A DNA stretch of 64,000 bases. Origin: an uncultured Actinomycetes bacterium. Its GTDB lineage: Bacteria; Actinomycetota; Thermoleophilia; Gaiellales; Gaiellaceae. This document shows positions 45,926 through 56,273 of this stretch, one piece after another. The DNA lies in contig CAWBLH010000007.1 of assembly GCA_963789655.1 (NCBI GenBank), forward strand, positions 170,536-234,535. The letters run 5' to 3'. The notes under the pieces were generated by a model. It was not told the DNA's origin. It searched no databases and was given only the letters and a program-made list of their open reading frames with translations. Numbering within the stretch: position 1 is the first letter of the stretch; each line of letters opens with the position of its first letter. The translations under genes and the position numbers were made by a program.

Positions 45926-48480
45926 CGCGTTTCGCGATCCGGGGCCTCCTGAGCCGGAAGCTGCGGACGGCGCTGACCGCACTCGCGATCGTCCTCGGCG
46001 TCGCGATGATCAGCGGCACCTACGTTCTGACCGATTCGATCGACCAGGCGTTCGAGAGGATCTTCAACGACATCCGCGCCGGATCGAACGCCGTCATCTC
46101 GGGCGAGTCGGAGTTCGACCTCTCCGACGGCAGTGGCGTCACGGAGCCGACCTTCGACGAGTCGCTGCTCCCCGATGTGCAAGCGCTGCCGGCGGTCGCC
46201 CAGGCCGAAGGCGCGGTCGACTCCGAGACGACGCAGCTCATCGGCGACGACGGCAAAGCGGTCGTCTACGGGGGCGCGCCGAACCTCGGCTTCTCGATTT
46301 CGAACCCCGACTCGCCCTTCAACCCGCTCACGCTCGTGGACGGCACGTGGCCGGGCCCGAATCAGGTCATCGTGGACAAGGAGACTGCGTCGAAGGAGGA
46401 CTTCGAAGTCGGCGAGACGATCGGCGTCCAGGCGGAGGGGCCGGTCCAGCGGCTCGAGCTCTCCGGGATCATGCAGTTCTCGTCGGGGCTCACGATCGGG
46501 GGCGCGACGCTCGCCGGCTTCGACCTGGCGACCGCCCAGCGCCTGATGCGGAAGGAGGGGCGTCTCGACGAGATCGCGATCGCATCGAAGCCGGACACGA
46601 CTCAGCAAGAGCTTCTCCGGCAGGTCGAGGAGATTCTTCCGCCGGGCACACGCGTCAGGACCGGACAACAAGTAGCCGACGACGACGCCGAGGGAACGAA
46701 CGAGTTCATCACGTTCCTCCAGACGTTCCTGCTCGCATTCGGAGGGATCGCGCTCTTCGTCGGCTCGTTCGTGATCGCGAACTCGTTGGCGATAACCATC
46801 GCGCAGCGCACCCGCGAGCTGGCGACGCTGCGCATGCTCGGTGCATCGAGGCGGCAGGTCCTCGGCTCGATCATCCTGGAGTCGCTCGTCGTCGGCGTGG
46901 TCGCTTCGGTCGTCGGTCTCTTCCTGGGTCTTCTACTCGCGAAAGGGTTGTTCTGGCTGTTCGACGCGGTCGGCTTCACGCTCCCGAACACCGGTCTCGT
47001 CTTCGAGACGCGGACGGTGATCGTGGCGCTCCTCGCCGGGATCCTGGTGACGCTCCTGGCCAGTCTGCGTCCGGCGATTCGGGCGACGCGCGTGCCGCCC
47101 GTCGCAGCGGTGCGCGAGGGTGCGACGCTGCCGCCCGGGCGGTTCGCTCGCCTGCGTGGGCTGGGCGCGCTGGTGATGATCGCGGCAGGCTTCGGCGCGC
47201 TCGCCTACGGGCTCTTCGCCGACGGACTCGATACGACCGAGATCCTGATCTGGATGGGTCTCGGCACTCTGCTCGTCTTCCTCGGCGTCGCCCTCTTCTC
47301 CTCGCGGCTCGTGCGGCCGCTCGCCCATGTGCTCGGCTGGCCCGCGACCCGGCTGGGTGGCGCTGCCGGTTCGCTCGCGCGGGACAACGCGCGCCGGAAT
47401 CCACAACGCACGGCGTCGACCGCGGCGGCGTTGATGATCGGCCTCGCTCTCGTCACGCTCGTGGCCACGCTGGCGTCCGGGATCGTGGTGTCGTTCAAGA
47501 GCGCGGTCAACGACCTCTTCACGGGCGACTTCGCGATCACTGCGCAGAACAACTTCTCGCCCATTCCCATCGATGCAGCCGAGGCGGCCGCCACGGCGCC
47601 TGGAGTAACCGTCGTCGGCAGCGTGCGCACCGGCGAAGCGCTGCGAAACGGCGATGCGGACTTCATCACCGCGGTCGACCCGGGAATGCGCGAGGTGATC
47701 GACCTCGAGTGGAAGGAAGGCTCCCCGGAGGTCATCTCGTCGCTCGGCGACGACGGCGCGTTCGTCGACGACGGCTGGGCGGAGGACAACGAGCTAGGCG
47801 TCGGGTCGCCGATCGAGATCACCTTCCCGAACGGGAGCTCGAAGACGTTCACGATCGACGGCATCTTCGAGCCGCCGACAGGAGGATCGCCCTTCGCCTC
47901 CGTGACGATCTCCGCAGAGGCGTGGGACGCCGAGGTCGCGCAGCCGCGGAACCTCTACTCCTTCCTGAAGATGGAGGGCGGGCCGACGGACGAGAACCAG
48001 ACCGCGCTCGACACCGCGCTTGCGGACTTCCCGAACGCGAAGGCGCAGACGCGGCAGGGCTTCATCGACAACCAGATCTCGGGGTTGAGCTCGATCCTGA
48101 ACATCCTCTACGTGCTGCTCGCGCTGTCGATCATCGTGAGCCTGTTCGGGATCGTGAACACGCTCGTCCTGACCGTGTTCGAGCGCACGCGCGAGATCGG
48201 GATGCTGCGGGCGATCGGGATGACGCGACGGCAGATCCGGAGGATGATCCGGCACGAAAGCGTGATCACCGCGCTGATCGGGGCGGCGATCGGGATCGTG
48301 CTCGGAATCGTCCTGGCCGCGCTGCTGATCGCGCGCGTGGACTTTCTCGTCTTCTCCTTCCCGACGACGCAGGTCGTGATCTTCGTGATCGCCGCGGTCG
48401 TCGTCGGCATCCTCGCCGCGGTGTTCCCTGCGCGCCGAGCCGCAAAGCTCGATCCGCTCCGGGCTATCGCGTACGAATGA
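45922..48480 (+). CDS. ABC transporter permease with two FtsX domains (852 aa), a tandem paralogue of the preceding gene
   Basis: ATGA overlap. It has the same architecture and identical termini (M.RFAIRGLL..KLR ... ARRAAKLDPLRAIAYE). Confidence 0.88.
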   Translation: MTRFAIRGLLSRKLRTALTALAIVLGVAMISGTYVLTDSIDQAFERIFNDIRAGSNAVISGESEFDLSDGSGVTEPTFDESLLPDVQALPAVAQAEGAVDSETTQLIGDDGKAVVYGGAPNLGFSISNPDSPFNPLTLVDGTWPGPNQVIVDKETASKEDFEVGETIGVQAEGPVQRLELSGIMQFSSGLTIGGATLAGFDLATAQRLMRKEGRLDEIAIASKPDTTQQELLRQVEEILPPGTRVRTGQQVADDDAEGTNEFITFLQTFLLAFGGIALFVGSFVIANSLAITIAQRTRELATLRMLGASRRQVLGSIILESLVVGVVASVVGLFLGLLLAKGLFWLFDAVGFTLPNTGLVFETRTVIVALLAGILVTLLASLRPAIRATRVPPVAAVREGATLPPGRFARLRGLGALVMIAAGFGALAYGLFADGLDTTEILIWMGLGTLLVFLGVALFSSRLVRPLAHVLGWPATRLGGAAGSLARDNARRNPQRTASTAAALMIGLALVTLVATLASGIVVSFKSAVNDLFTGDFAITAQNNFSPIPIDAAEAAATAPGVTVVGSVRTGEALRNGDADFITAVDPGMREVIDLEWKEGSPEVISSLGDDGAFVDDGWAEDNELGVGSPIEITFPNGSSKTFTIDGIFEPPTGGSPFASVTISAEAWDAEVAQPRNLYSFLKMEGGPTDENQTALDTALADFPNAKAQTRQGFIDNQISGLSSILNILYVLLALSIIVSLFGIVNTLVLTVFERTREIGMLRAIGMTRRQIRRMIRHESVITALIGAAIGIVLGIVLAALLIARVDFLVFSFPTTQVVIFVIAAVVVGILAAVFPARRAAKLDPLRAIAYE

Positions 48481-48487
48481 CGACGCG

Positions 48488-48525
48488 GGCGGTAGGGGTC
48501 AGGCTTCAGCCTGACCCCTACCGCC
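48488..48525. repeat. REP-like palindrome, family A (copy A5) with an extended 17-bp stem
   Basis: GGCGGTAGGGGTCAGGC TTCA GCCTGACCCCTACCGCC. Confidence 0.85.
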
Positions 48526-49720
48526 GAGCCCGATGACGCCCTCCGCGGCGAGCGCGTCGATCTCGTCGTCGGCGATAGCCGGCTTCCCGGAGCACCTCCG
48601 CCGAGTGCTCGCCGAGGAGCGGCGGCGGGTTGCGGTGGACGGCTCGCTCGCCGTCGAAGGAGAGCGGAAGCGCGGCGAGCCGAAGGTCGGGAATGGTGGT
48701 GTGCTTCAGGGGCTGGAGGATCTCGAGCGCCTGCGTCTGCTCGGCGGTCGCGACGTCGGCGATGTCCGCGACCGGCGCAGCCGGGACGCCCACTCTGGTG
48801 AGCAGCTCACGCCATTCGGCGGTGTCGCGCTCTTCGAGCCGGTCGGAGAGCACCGCGACCAGCTGCTCGCGGTGCTTCACGCGATCCGGGTTCGTCCGAA
48901 ACCGCGGATCGGCCAGGAGCTCGGGAAGGTCGAGCGCGGTGCAGAGCGTCGCGAAGAGCCGGTCGTTCCCGCCGGCGATCATCAGCTCGCCGTCGCGCGT
49001 GGGGAAGACCTGGTACGGCGCGACCATCGGGAAGACCGTGCCCTCTGGGACAGGCACAGTTCCGTCGGCGAGATAGCCGACTAGGTGGTACCCGACGTAG
49101 CCGAGCGCCGTCTCGTAGAGCGACGTGTCCACCTCGGCGCCCTCCCCGGTTCGCTCGCGCTCGAGGAGTGCGGAGACGATCCCGAGCGCCGACCACATGC
49201 CGGTGCCCATGTCGATCAGCGACGATCCGACGCGGACGCCCGGTCGCTCCGGCTCGCCGGTCATGCTCATCAGTCCGCCCGCCGCCTGCATGAGCGCGTC
49301 GTAGCCGGGCTCGCTCGACAGCGGCCCGACGCGGCCGTACGCGCCGATCGAGCAGTAGACGAGCCGAGGGTTGCGGGCGCGCATCGCAGCTGACCCCAGA
49401 CCAAGCCGCTCCGCGAGGCCCGGGCGGAGGCTCTGCAGGAAGACGTCTGCGCCCTCGGCAAGCCGCACCAGAACCTCGCGGCCGCGCTCGTCACCGAGGG
49501 AGAGCGCGAGCGAGCGCTTCCCCGCGTTGACGGAGAGGAACATCGCTCCCTCGCCGCCCCAGAAGGGCGGCCCCCACGCGCGAGCGTCGTCGCCGGTGTC
49601 CGGACGCTCGACCTTGACCACGTCGGCGCCGAGGGAGGCGAGGATCTCCGCGCAGAACGGCCCGGCGATCGAGGTCGTGACGTCGAGCACGTGCGTGCCG
49701 GCGAGGGGAAGAAACGGCAT
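48518..49720 (-). pseudogene. CaiB/BaiF family (class III) CoA-transferase; C-terminal frameshift at ~48574
   Basis: VLDVTTSIAGPFCAEILASLGADVVKVE...D.GTG. The Arg-rich tail YRRRRDRRARRGGRHRARR becomes YADDEIDALAAEGVIGLGGRGQAEA-stop (48499) if one base is removed. Confidence 0.82.
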
Positions 49721-49757
49721 CTGCCGAATTCTCGCCGCTTGTCCTCCTGCCCCGCGC

Positions 49758-49781
49758 GGGGGTCAGGCTTAGCCTGACCCC
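49758..49781. repeat. REP-like palindrome, family A (copy A6)
   Basis: GGGGGTCAGGCT T AGCCTGACCCC. Confidence 0.85.
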
Positions 49782-49844
49782 GTCTCCAGGTTTGCGGCGC
49801 TCCGCTCACCAGCTCATCTCGGACTGGTGAAACTTCCAACACCA

Positions 49845-49868
49845 GGGTCAGGCTTCAAGCCTGACCCC
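49845..49868. repeat. REP-like palindrome, family A (copy A7)
   Basis: GGGTCAGGCT TCA AGCCTGACCCC. Confidence 0.85.
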
Positions 49869-49897
49869 ACGGCAGCCGCTCCTGCGAGGATGCGCGC

Positions 49898-50512
49898 GTG
49901 CCCGACTGGCTCGACTTCGACCAGCTCGCGGAGTGGGTCTCCGGCGAGTGGTGGAGCTACCTCGTCATCTTCGCGATCGCGGCGATCGACGCGTTCTTCC
50001 CGGTCGTGCCGAGCGAGACCCTCGTCGTCATCGGAGGCAGCCTCGCCGGGTCGGGCGACCTGAGCCTCTTGCTCGTCATCCTCGCCGGCGCGGCCGGAGC
50101 CATCCTCGGCGACAACATCTCCTACGGGATCGGCTCGCTCGTCGGGGAGAGAACCGTCAAGCGCTGGTTCCGAAGCGAGAAGTCGATCAAGCGCCTCGAG
50201 TGGGCCGAGCGCACCCTGGACGAGCGCGGCGCCTACATCATTCTCCTCGCGCGCTTCATCCCGGGCGGCAGGACGGCCGTGACGTTCTCCGCGGGGTACA
50301 TCCCGACGTTTTCCTGGCGCCGCTTCATCGTCTACGACGTCATCGCGGGCGTGCTGTGGGCGACGTACGCGGCCATGCTCGGCTACTTCTTCGGGAAGAC
50401 GTTCGAGGAGCATCCGGTGTGGGGTGTCGTCCTGGCGCTCGTGATCGCGCTGACCCTCGGCCTCGTCGTTGAACTGGTGCGCCACCTACGGAAACAGCGC
50501 GCATCCGCATAG
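49898..50512 (+). CDS. DedA family membrane protein
   Basis: FFPVVPSETLVVIGG, ARFIPGGRT and 4-5 TM helices. Confidence 0.85.
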   Translation: MPDWLDFDQLAEWVSGEWWSYLVIFAIAAIDAFFPVVPSETLVVIGGSLAGSGDLSLLLVILAGAAGAILGDNISYGIGSLVGERTVKRWFRSEKSIKRLEWAERTLDERGAYIILLARFIPGGRTAVTFSAGYIPTFSWRRFIVYDVIAGVLWATYAAMLGYFFGKTFEEHPVWGVVLALVIALTLGLVVELVRHLRKQRASA

Positions 50513-50522
50513 ACTCGGAGCC

Positions 50523-50885
50523 GTGGCGAAGCTCCTCGTCCATCTCACGAGCGGCCCAGAGAGCCCGACGCGCGCAGCGCTCGGGTTCCTCGTCGCGAAG
50601 GCGGCGATCGAAGAGGGTCACGAGGTGACCATGTTTCTCGCGGGCGACTCGGTCCAGCTGCTCCGCGACGGCGTGCTCGACTCACTCGTCGGGCTCGGCA
50701 CGGGAAACCTTCGAGAGTCCTACGACGCGGTCGTGGCGTCCGGCGCCCGGATCTACGCGTCACGCATGTCGAGCAACGCGCGTGGGCTCGGCGACCCGGA
50801 TCTCGATGGGAAGCCCGTCGAGCTCGCCGTGCCGAACCAGCTCGTGCAGCTCACGTTCGAGAACGACCGCGTCCTGGTCTACTAG
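50523..50885 (+). CDS. DsrE/DsrF-like family protein
   Basis: Starts at GTG 50523. VAKLLVHLTSGPESPTRAALGFLVAKAA..EGHEVTMFLAGDSV is typical of the DsrE fold. Confidence 0.65.
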   Translation: MAKLLVHLTSGPESPTRAALGFLVAKAAIEEGHEVTMFLAGDSVQLLRDGVLDSLVGLGTGNLRESYDAVVASGARIYASRMSSNARGLGDPDLDGKPVELAVPNQLVQLTFENDRVLVY

Positions 50886-50903
50886 CCCGCTCTACTAGCG
50901 GCG

Positions 50904-51326
50904 CTACGTCGGCTCGGGCGTGCGCGGCACGTCGTGCGCCGTCTGCAGGTGCTTCCAGGCGCCCCACCCGATCCAGAGCGCGAGGATGACCACGATCGGG
51001 ACGAGCGCTGCATGAAACGCATGCAGGCCGCCGTTGTCGCCGCCGACGTCCCCGCCTCCGGCGAGGAACGCCTGGACAGAGCCGATCACGGCCAGCACGA
51101 ACGGCCACAGCGTCGCGCGCCAGTTCGGCCACGCGGCGACGAGCGCGGAGATGAACGTGAGGACGTACGCCAGGTGGACGGCCATGCCGAAGTCCTTGTG
51201 CGCGTCGAGCCACCCCGTCTCTCCGAAGAGGAACCCGCCGATGAGGTAGAGCTGAACGATCACGCCGACCACGGACGCCCCGGCGAAGATGACCGTTCCC
51301 CACAGCCCGATCCGTTGTCTATCCAT
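50904..51326 (-). CDS. hypothetical membrane protein (4 TM)
   Basis: [36 protein letters not shown]...[17 protein letters not shown] cannot assign a family confidently. Confidence 0.5.
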   Translation of the reverse strand: MDRQRIGLWGTVIFAGASVVGVIVQLYLIGGFLFGETGWLDAHKDFGMAVHLAYVLTFISALVAAWPNWRATLWPFVLAVIGSVQAFLAGGGDVGGDNGGLHAFHAALVPIVVILALWIGWGAWKHLQTAHDVPRTPEPT

Positions 51327-51380
51327 GCGCGCGACCCTAAGACCTGCGCCGGACGGAGTCAACTACGTAGCGTTTCCCGC

Positions 51381-53291
51381 ATGAATCGTCTCGCCGCCGC
51401 GACGAGCCCGTACCTCCTCCAGCACGCCGAGAACCCGGTCGACTGGCATCCGTGGGGTGACGAGGCGTTCGAGCTCGCGGAGCGCGAGGACAAGCCTCTG
51501 CTCGTCTCGGTCGGCTACAGCTCGTGCCACTGGTGCCACGTGATGGCGCACGAGTCGTTCGAGGATCCCGCGACCGCCGCGCTCATGAACGAGCTCTTCG
51601 TCAACGTGAAGGTGGATCGCGAGGAGCGGCCGGACGTCGATGCGGTGACGATGGAGGCGACGGTCGGGATGACGGGCTCCGGCGGCTGGCCGACGACCGT
51701 GTTCATGACGCCGGGGGGCAAGCCGTTCTACGCCGGGACGTATTTCCCACCGGAGCCGCGGCACGGGATGGCGAGCTTCCGCGACCTCCTCGAGGCAGTC
51801 GCCAAGGCCTGGAGCGAGCGCCGCCCCGAGATCGAGCGCCAGGCGGGACAGATCGACGAGACGCTCCGCAGGAGCTCCGAGCTCCGTCCGTCGTCCGAGC
51901 CACTGACCGAGTCGATCCTGGGCGAAGCCGCCCGCGGCATCGCCCGCACCTTCGAGCCTGCCTTCGGCGGTTTCGGCGGCGCGCCGAAGTTCCCGGCCGC
52001 CTCGACGCTGGAGTTCCTCCTCCGCCGGGGAGACGAGGACGCGCTCGCGATGGTGACGCCGACGCTCGACGGGATGGCGGCGGGCGGTCTCTACGACGTC
52101 GTCGGCGGCGGCTTCCACCGCTATTCGGTCGACGAGCGCTGGCTCGTCCCGCACTTCGAGAAGATGCTCTACGACAACGCGGTACTCGCCTCGACGTACC
52201 TCCACGGCTGGCTCGTGACCGGGCGGCCGCGCTACCGGGAGATCGTCGAGGAGACGATCGAGTACCTCGTCCGGGAGATGCTGCTGCCGGAGGGCGTGTT
52301 CGCGTCTGCCCAGGACGCCGACACCGACGGGGTCGAGGGGCTGACGTACACCTGGACCGAGGAGGAGGGGCACGCGGCCGGGATCCCCCGAGATCTGCTG
52401 GAGCCGTTCGAGCACGGCCGGTTCATCGTGAGAGGCGAGCTCGACCCCGGGCTTCGAGAGCGCCTGCTCGCCGAGCGGTCGACCCGCACCCAGCCCTTCC
52501 GCGACGACAAGGCGCTCGCCTCCTGGAACGGGCTCGCGCTGGCGGCGATCGCCGAAGCCGCGTACCGGCTCGAGCGGAACGACTGGCTCGAGGTCGCCCG
52601 CGGCGTGGGCGAGTTTCTGCTCGGCCCGCTGTCGGAGGACGGTCTGCTGCTGCGCTCGCGCCGGGACGGACGTGCGAGCGGCACGGGGTACCTGGACGAC
52701 TACGCCAACGTCACGTACGGCCTGCTGGAGCTGCACGTCGCGACGGGCGACGTTCGCTGGTTGCTCGAGGCTCATCGGCTCGCGCTGCTCGCGATCGAGC
52801 TCTTCGCCGACGACGAGCGCGGCGGGTTCTACCTCTCGCCGGCAGGCGCCGACGAGCGCGTCCCGCGCACCAAGGATCTTCAGGACACGCCGATTCCCTC
52901 GGGCAACTCGATGCTCGCGTGGGTGCTGCTCCGGCTCGGAAGGATCTGGGGCGACGACGAGCTCGAGCGGCGCGCGGTGTCGGTGTTCCGCCTCGTCGAG
53001 CCCGCGCTCCGGCGGGCGCCGGGAGGATTCGCGTGGATGCTCTGCGGTCTCGACCTCTGGTTCAGCCCGCCACGGGAGATTGCGATCGCAGGCGCAGTCG
53101 ACTCCCCCGTCGCGCGCGCCGCACTCGCGTCCTTCGATCCGCGTGCGGTCATCGCCGTGGGGCCGGCGGGCGAGGTCCCGCTGCTCGAGGGCAAGGGTCT
53201 CGTCGACGGCGAGACGGCCGTCTACGTCTGTGAGCGCTTCGTGTGCCAGAGACCCGTCACGGACCCCGCCGCACTTCGTGTGACCGCCTGA
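51381..53291 (+). CDS. thioredoxin-domain protein of the DUF255/YyaL family (N-terminal Trx-like, C-terminal six-hairpin glycosidase-like)
   Basis: [31 protein letters not shown], and [10 protein letters not shown]. Confidence 0.88.
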   Translation: MNRLAAATSPYLLQHAENPVDWHPWGDEAFELAEREDKPLLVSVGYSSCHWCHVMAHESFEDPATAALMNELFVNVKVDREERPDVDAVTMEATVGMTGSGGWPTTVFMTPGGKPFYAGTYFPPEPRHGMASFRDLLEAVAKAWSERRPEIERQAGQIDETLRRSSELRPSSEPLTESILGEAARGIARTFEPAFGGFGGAPKFPAASTLEFLLRRGDEDALAMVTPTLDGMAAGGLYDVVGGGFHRYSVDERWLVPHFEKMLYDNAVLASTYLHGWLVTGRPRYREIVEETIEYLVREMLLPEGVFASAQDADTDGVEGLTYTWTEEEGHAAGIPRDLLEPFEHGRFIVRGELDPGLRERLLAERSTRTQPFRDDKALASWNGLALAAIAEAAYRLERNDWLEVARGVGEFLLGPLSEDGLLLRSRRDGRASGTGYLDDYANVTYGLLELHVATGDVRWLLEAHRLALLAIELFADDERGGFYLSPAGADERVPRTKDLQDTPIPSGNSMLAWVLLRLGRIWGDDELERRAVSVFRLVEPALRRAPGGFAWMLCGLDLWFSPPREIAIAGAVDSPVARAALASFDPRAVIAVGPAGEVPLLEGKGLVDGETAVYVCERFVCQRPVTDPAALRVTA

Positions 53292-53292
53292 G

Positions 53293-54243
53293 ATGCGCGT
53301 CTGCCTGATGATCGAGGGACAGGAGGGCGTGACGTGGGAGGACTGGCTGCGCCTCGCGACGCTGACCGAGCGACACGGGCTCGAGGGGCTCTTCCGCTCC
53401 GACCACTACACCGCGATCATCCGTCAAGACGCCGACGCGCTCGACGCGTGGACGACACTTGCCGGCCTCGCCGCCGTCACCGAGCGGATCCGGCTCGGCA
53501 CCCTCGTGTCCCCTGCGACCTTCCGCCACCCGAGCGTGCTCGCGCGCATGGCCGTGACCGTCGACCACATCTCTCGTGGTCGTGTGGACGTCGGCATGGG
53601 AGCCGGCTGGTACGAGCGTGAGCACCTCGCGCATGGCTTCCCATTCCTCGACGCCAAGCAGCGATTCGAACTCTTCGCCGAGCAAGTCGAGATCGTGATC
53701 GAGTCCTGGACCGAGGGCCCGTTCGGGCACAGCGGAGCGGCGTACGAGCTCGAGGAGCAGACCGCCCTCCCGCGCCCGTTCCAGAAGCCGCATCCGCCGC
53801 TCGTGCTCGGAGGCTCTGTCAAACGCCGCTTTGCAGCACTCGCCGCGCGCTTCGCCGACGAGGTCAACACGCTCGGCGCTCCCAACGACGAGCTTCACGA
53901 ACGCAAGAAGCGGCTCGACCGCGCCTGCGCCGACGCCGGTCGCGACCCTGCGACGCTCGGGTTCTCCGTCATGACGGCGTGCTTCATCGGCGCCGACAGG
54001 ACCGAGGTCCTCGATCGCGTCGGCACGTTCCTCGCCGTGCGAGGCGGGGACGTGAACGCCGAGGAGATGCTCGAGCAGCGCCGCGCGAGCTGGCTCGCCG
54101 GGACGGTCGAGGAGGTCGCGGAGCGGATCCGGGAGCTCGAGGCGATCGGAGTCACGCGGATCTTCTTCCAGCACCTGAACCACGCGGACGACGACATGGT
54201 CGCGCTGGTCGGGGAGCGGCTGCTTCCCGCGCTCACGCCGTAG
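53293..54243 (+). CDS. LLM-class (luciferase-like) flavin/F420-dependent oxidoreductase
   Basis: GLEGLFRSDHY, LGTLVSPATFRHP, and DHISRGRVDVGMGAGW. Confidence 0.85.
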   Translation: MRVCLMIEGQEGVTWEDWLRLATLTERHGLEGLFRSDHYTAIIRQDADALDAWTTLAGLAAVTERIRLGTLVSPATFRHPSVLARMAVTVDHISRGRVDVGMGAGWYEREHLAHGFPFLDAKQRFELFAEQVEIVIESWTEGPFGHSGAAYELEEQTALPRPFQKPHPPLVLGGSVKRRFAALAARFADEVNTLGAPNDELHERKKRLDRACADAGRDPATLGFSVMTACFIGADRTEVLDRVGTFLAVRGGDVNAEEMLEQRRASWLAGTVEEVAERIRELEAIGVTRIFFQHLNHADDDMVALVGERLLPALTP

Positions 54244-54261
54244 GGGCGAGGCTTGCCTCGC
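54243..54261. repeat. REP-like palindrome, family B (copy B2, right arm truncated)
   Basis: TAG-GGGCGAGGC TT GCCTCGC. The stop codon TAG of the LLM gene occupies 54241-54243. Confidence 0.75.
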
Positions 54262-54270
54262 GATTGTGTA

Positions 54271-54291
54271 GGGGCGAGGCTTGCCTCGCCC
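54271..54291. repeat. REP-like palindrome, family B (copy B3)
   Basis: GTAGGGGCGAGGC TT GCCTCGCCC. It is a 28-nt direct-repeat partner of B2. Confidence 0.8.
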
Positions 54292-54307
54292 TCAGTAGCA
54301 TCTGGCC

Positions 54308-56102
54308 CATGACAACCACAGAGCTGACCGGGGCGGAGGACATCGCGTGGGATCTCTCCGACCTCTACGACGGCGGTGACGACGCCCGCCTCCAGCAGGA
54401 CGAGCAGGAGGCCGAGCAGGCCGCCTCGGAGTTTCGCGACAAGTACTACGGCAAGGTGGCCGAGCTCGGCGCAGCCGAGCTCAGAGAGGCGATCGAGGAG
54501 CGAGAGCGGATCGAGGAGGTGCTCACGCGCGCGCTCTACTACGCGCACCTCTGGTTCTCGACCGACACCGCCGACCCCGCGCGCGGCGCGCTCGTCGCGC
54601 GGCTGACCGAGAAGGGCGCCGCTCTCGACACGCAGCTCCTGTTCTTCGGGCTCGAGATCGCGGCCCTCGAGGATGCCCGCGCCGAGGAACTGATCGGATC
54701 GTCGGAGCTCGAGCGCTGGCGCCACTGGCTGCGCTCGCTCAGGAAGTTCCGCCCCTACCTGCTCTCCGAGCCCGAGGAGAAGATCTTCACCGAGAAGTCC
54801 GTCTCCGGCGTCAGCGCCTGGTCGCGCCTGCACGAGGAGCTCCTGAGCGCGATCAAGGTCGAGCTGGACGGGGAGACGATCGGCCTGGAAGAGGCGATGG
54901 CGAAGCTCTACTCCGCCGATCGCGACGAGCGGAAGGGAGCGGCAGAGGCCGTCACCGAGGCGCTCGCCCCGGGTCTCCGCACGCGCGCGTACGTCTTCAA
55001 CACGATCCTCGTCGACAAGTCGATCGACGACCGACTGCGCGGGTACGAGACGTGGATCTCGTCACGGAACCTCCGAAACGACACGACCGACGAAGCGGTG
55101 GATGCCCTCATCGACGCGGCGGTCACCCGCTACGACGTCCCGCAGCGCTACTACCGCCTGAAGGCGAAGCTCATCGACCTCGACCGACTGACCTTCTACG
55201 ACCGCTTCGCGCCGATCGCAGACGATCCGTCGAAGGTCTCCTGGGACGAGGCGCGGGACATCGTCGTCTCGGCGTACCAGGACTTCACGCCCGAGACGGG
55301 AGATGCCGTCGACCGCTTCTTCAGAGAGAACTGGATCGACGCACCCGTTCGCGAGAACAAGCGGACCGGCGCCTTCTGCGCGACCACCGTTCCCGGTGTC
55401 CACCCGTACATCCTCATGAACTTCACGGGCGACAGGCGCTCGATCCTCACACTCGCGCACGAGCTCGGCCACGGCCTGCACGGCGTGATGACGCAGCCGC
55501 TCGGGCTCTTCAACGCGGACACGCCGCTGACCACCGCGGAGACGGCGTCGGTGTTCGGAGAGGCGCTGACGTTCAGGCGCCTGCTGGCGCTCGAGGACGA
55601 TCCCCGCCGGCGCCTGAACCTGCTCGCCGGGAGGATCGAGGACTCGATTGCGACGGTCTTCCGGCAGATCGCCATGAACCGCTTCGAGCACGCCGTCCAC
55701 ACGGAGCGGCGGGAGCAGGGCGAGCTCGCTGCCGACCGGTTCGAGGAGCTCTGGCTCGAGACGCAGAAGGACATGTTCGCGGACTCGGTCGACATCGACG
55801 GGTACGGGACGTGGTGGAGCTACATCCCGCACTTCCTCTCGACGCCTGGCTATGTCTACGCCTACGCATACGGCTTCCTCTTCGCCCTCTCGATCTTCCG
55901 GCGCTACGAGCAGGAGGGCGAGTCGATGGTGGAGCCGTACCTGGACGTGCTCCGCGCCGGCGGCTCGAAGCCGCCCGAGGAGCTCGCCGAGATCGTCGGG
56001 CTCGACCTCACGGATGCGGGGATCTGGGCGAGCGGGATCGAAGCGCTCTCCGCGGAGCTGGACGAGGCCGAGGCACTGGCGAACGAGATCGGGCTGGGGT
56101 GA
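54308..56102 (+). CDS. pepF: M3-family oligoendopeptidase F
   Basis: 597 aa with the zinc motif LAHELGHGLHG and a downstream E ligand region (ETASVFGE). Confidence 0.9.
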
Positions 56103-56172
56103 TCTCGTAGGCGAGTCCGAGGTGGACGGGCAGCGCCCGCGAAGCGGGCGCCTTTAGGGATTTTCGCGCGAT

Positions 56173-56196
56173 CGGAATCCGCGCAAGCGGATTCCG
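56173..56196 (+). terminator. hairpin of repeat family C with a GNRA loop (CGGAATCCGC GCAA GCGGATTCCG)
   Basis: It lies 71 nt after the pepF stop. The 10-bp stem is perfect. It is related to 20901-20924. Confidence 0.55.
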
Positions 56197-56273
56197 GTCT
56201 TGCGCACCATTTGAGCCTCGCGCTACTCTCGCGACTGACAGGCAGGCTCGGAGGGACAACAAGGAGGAAGTCC

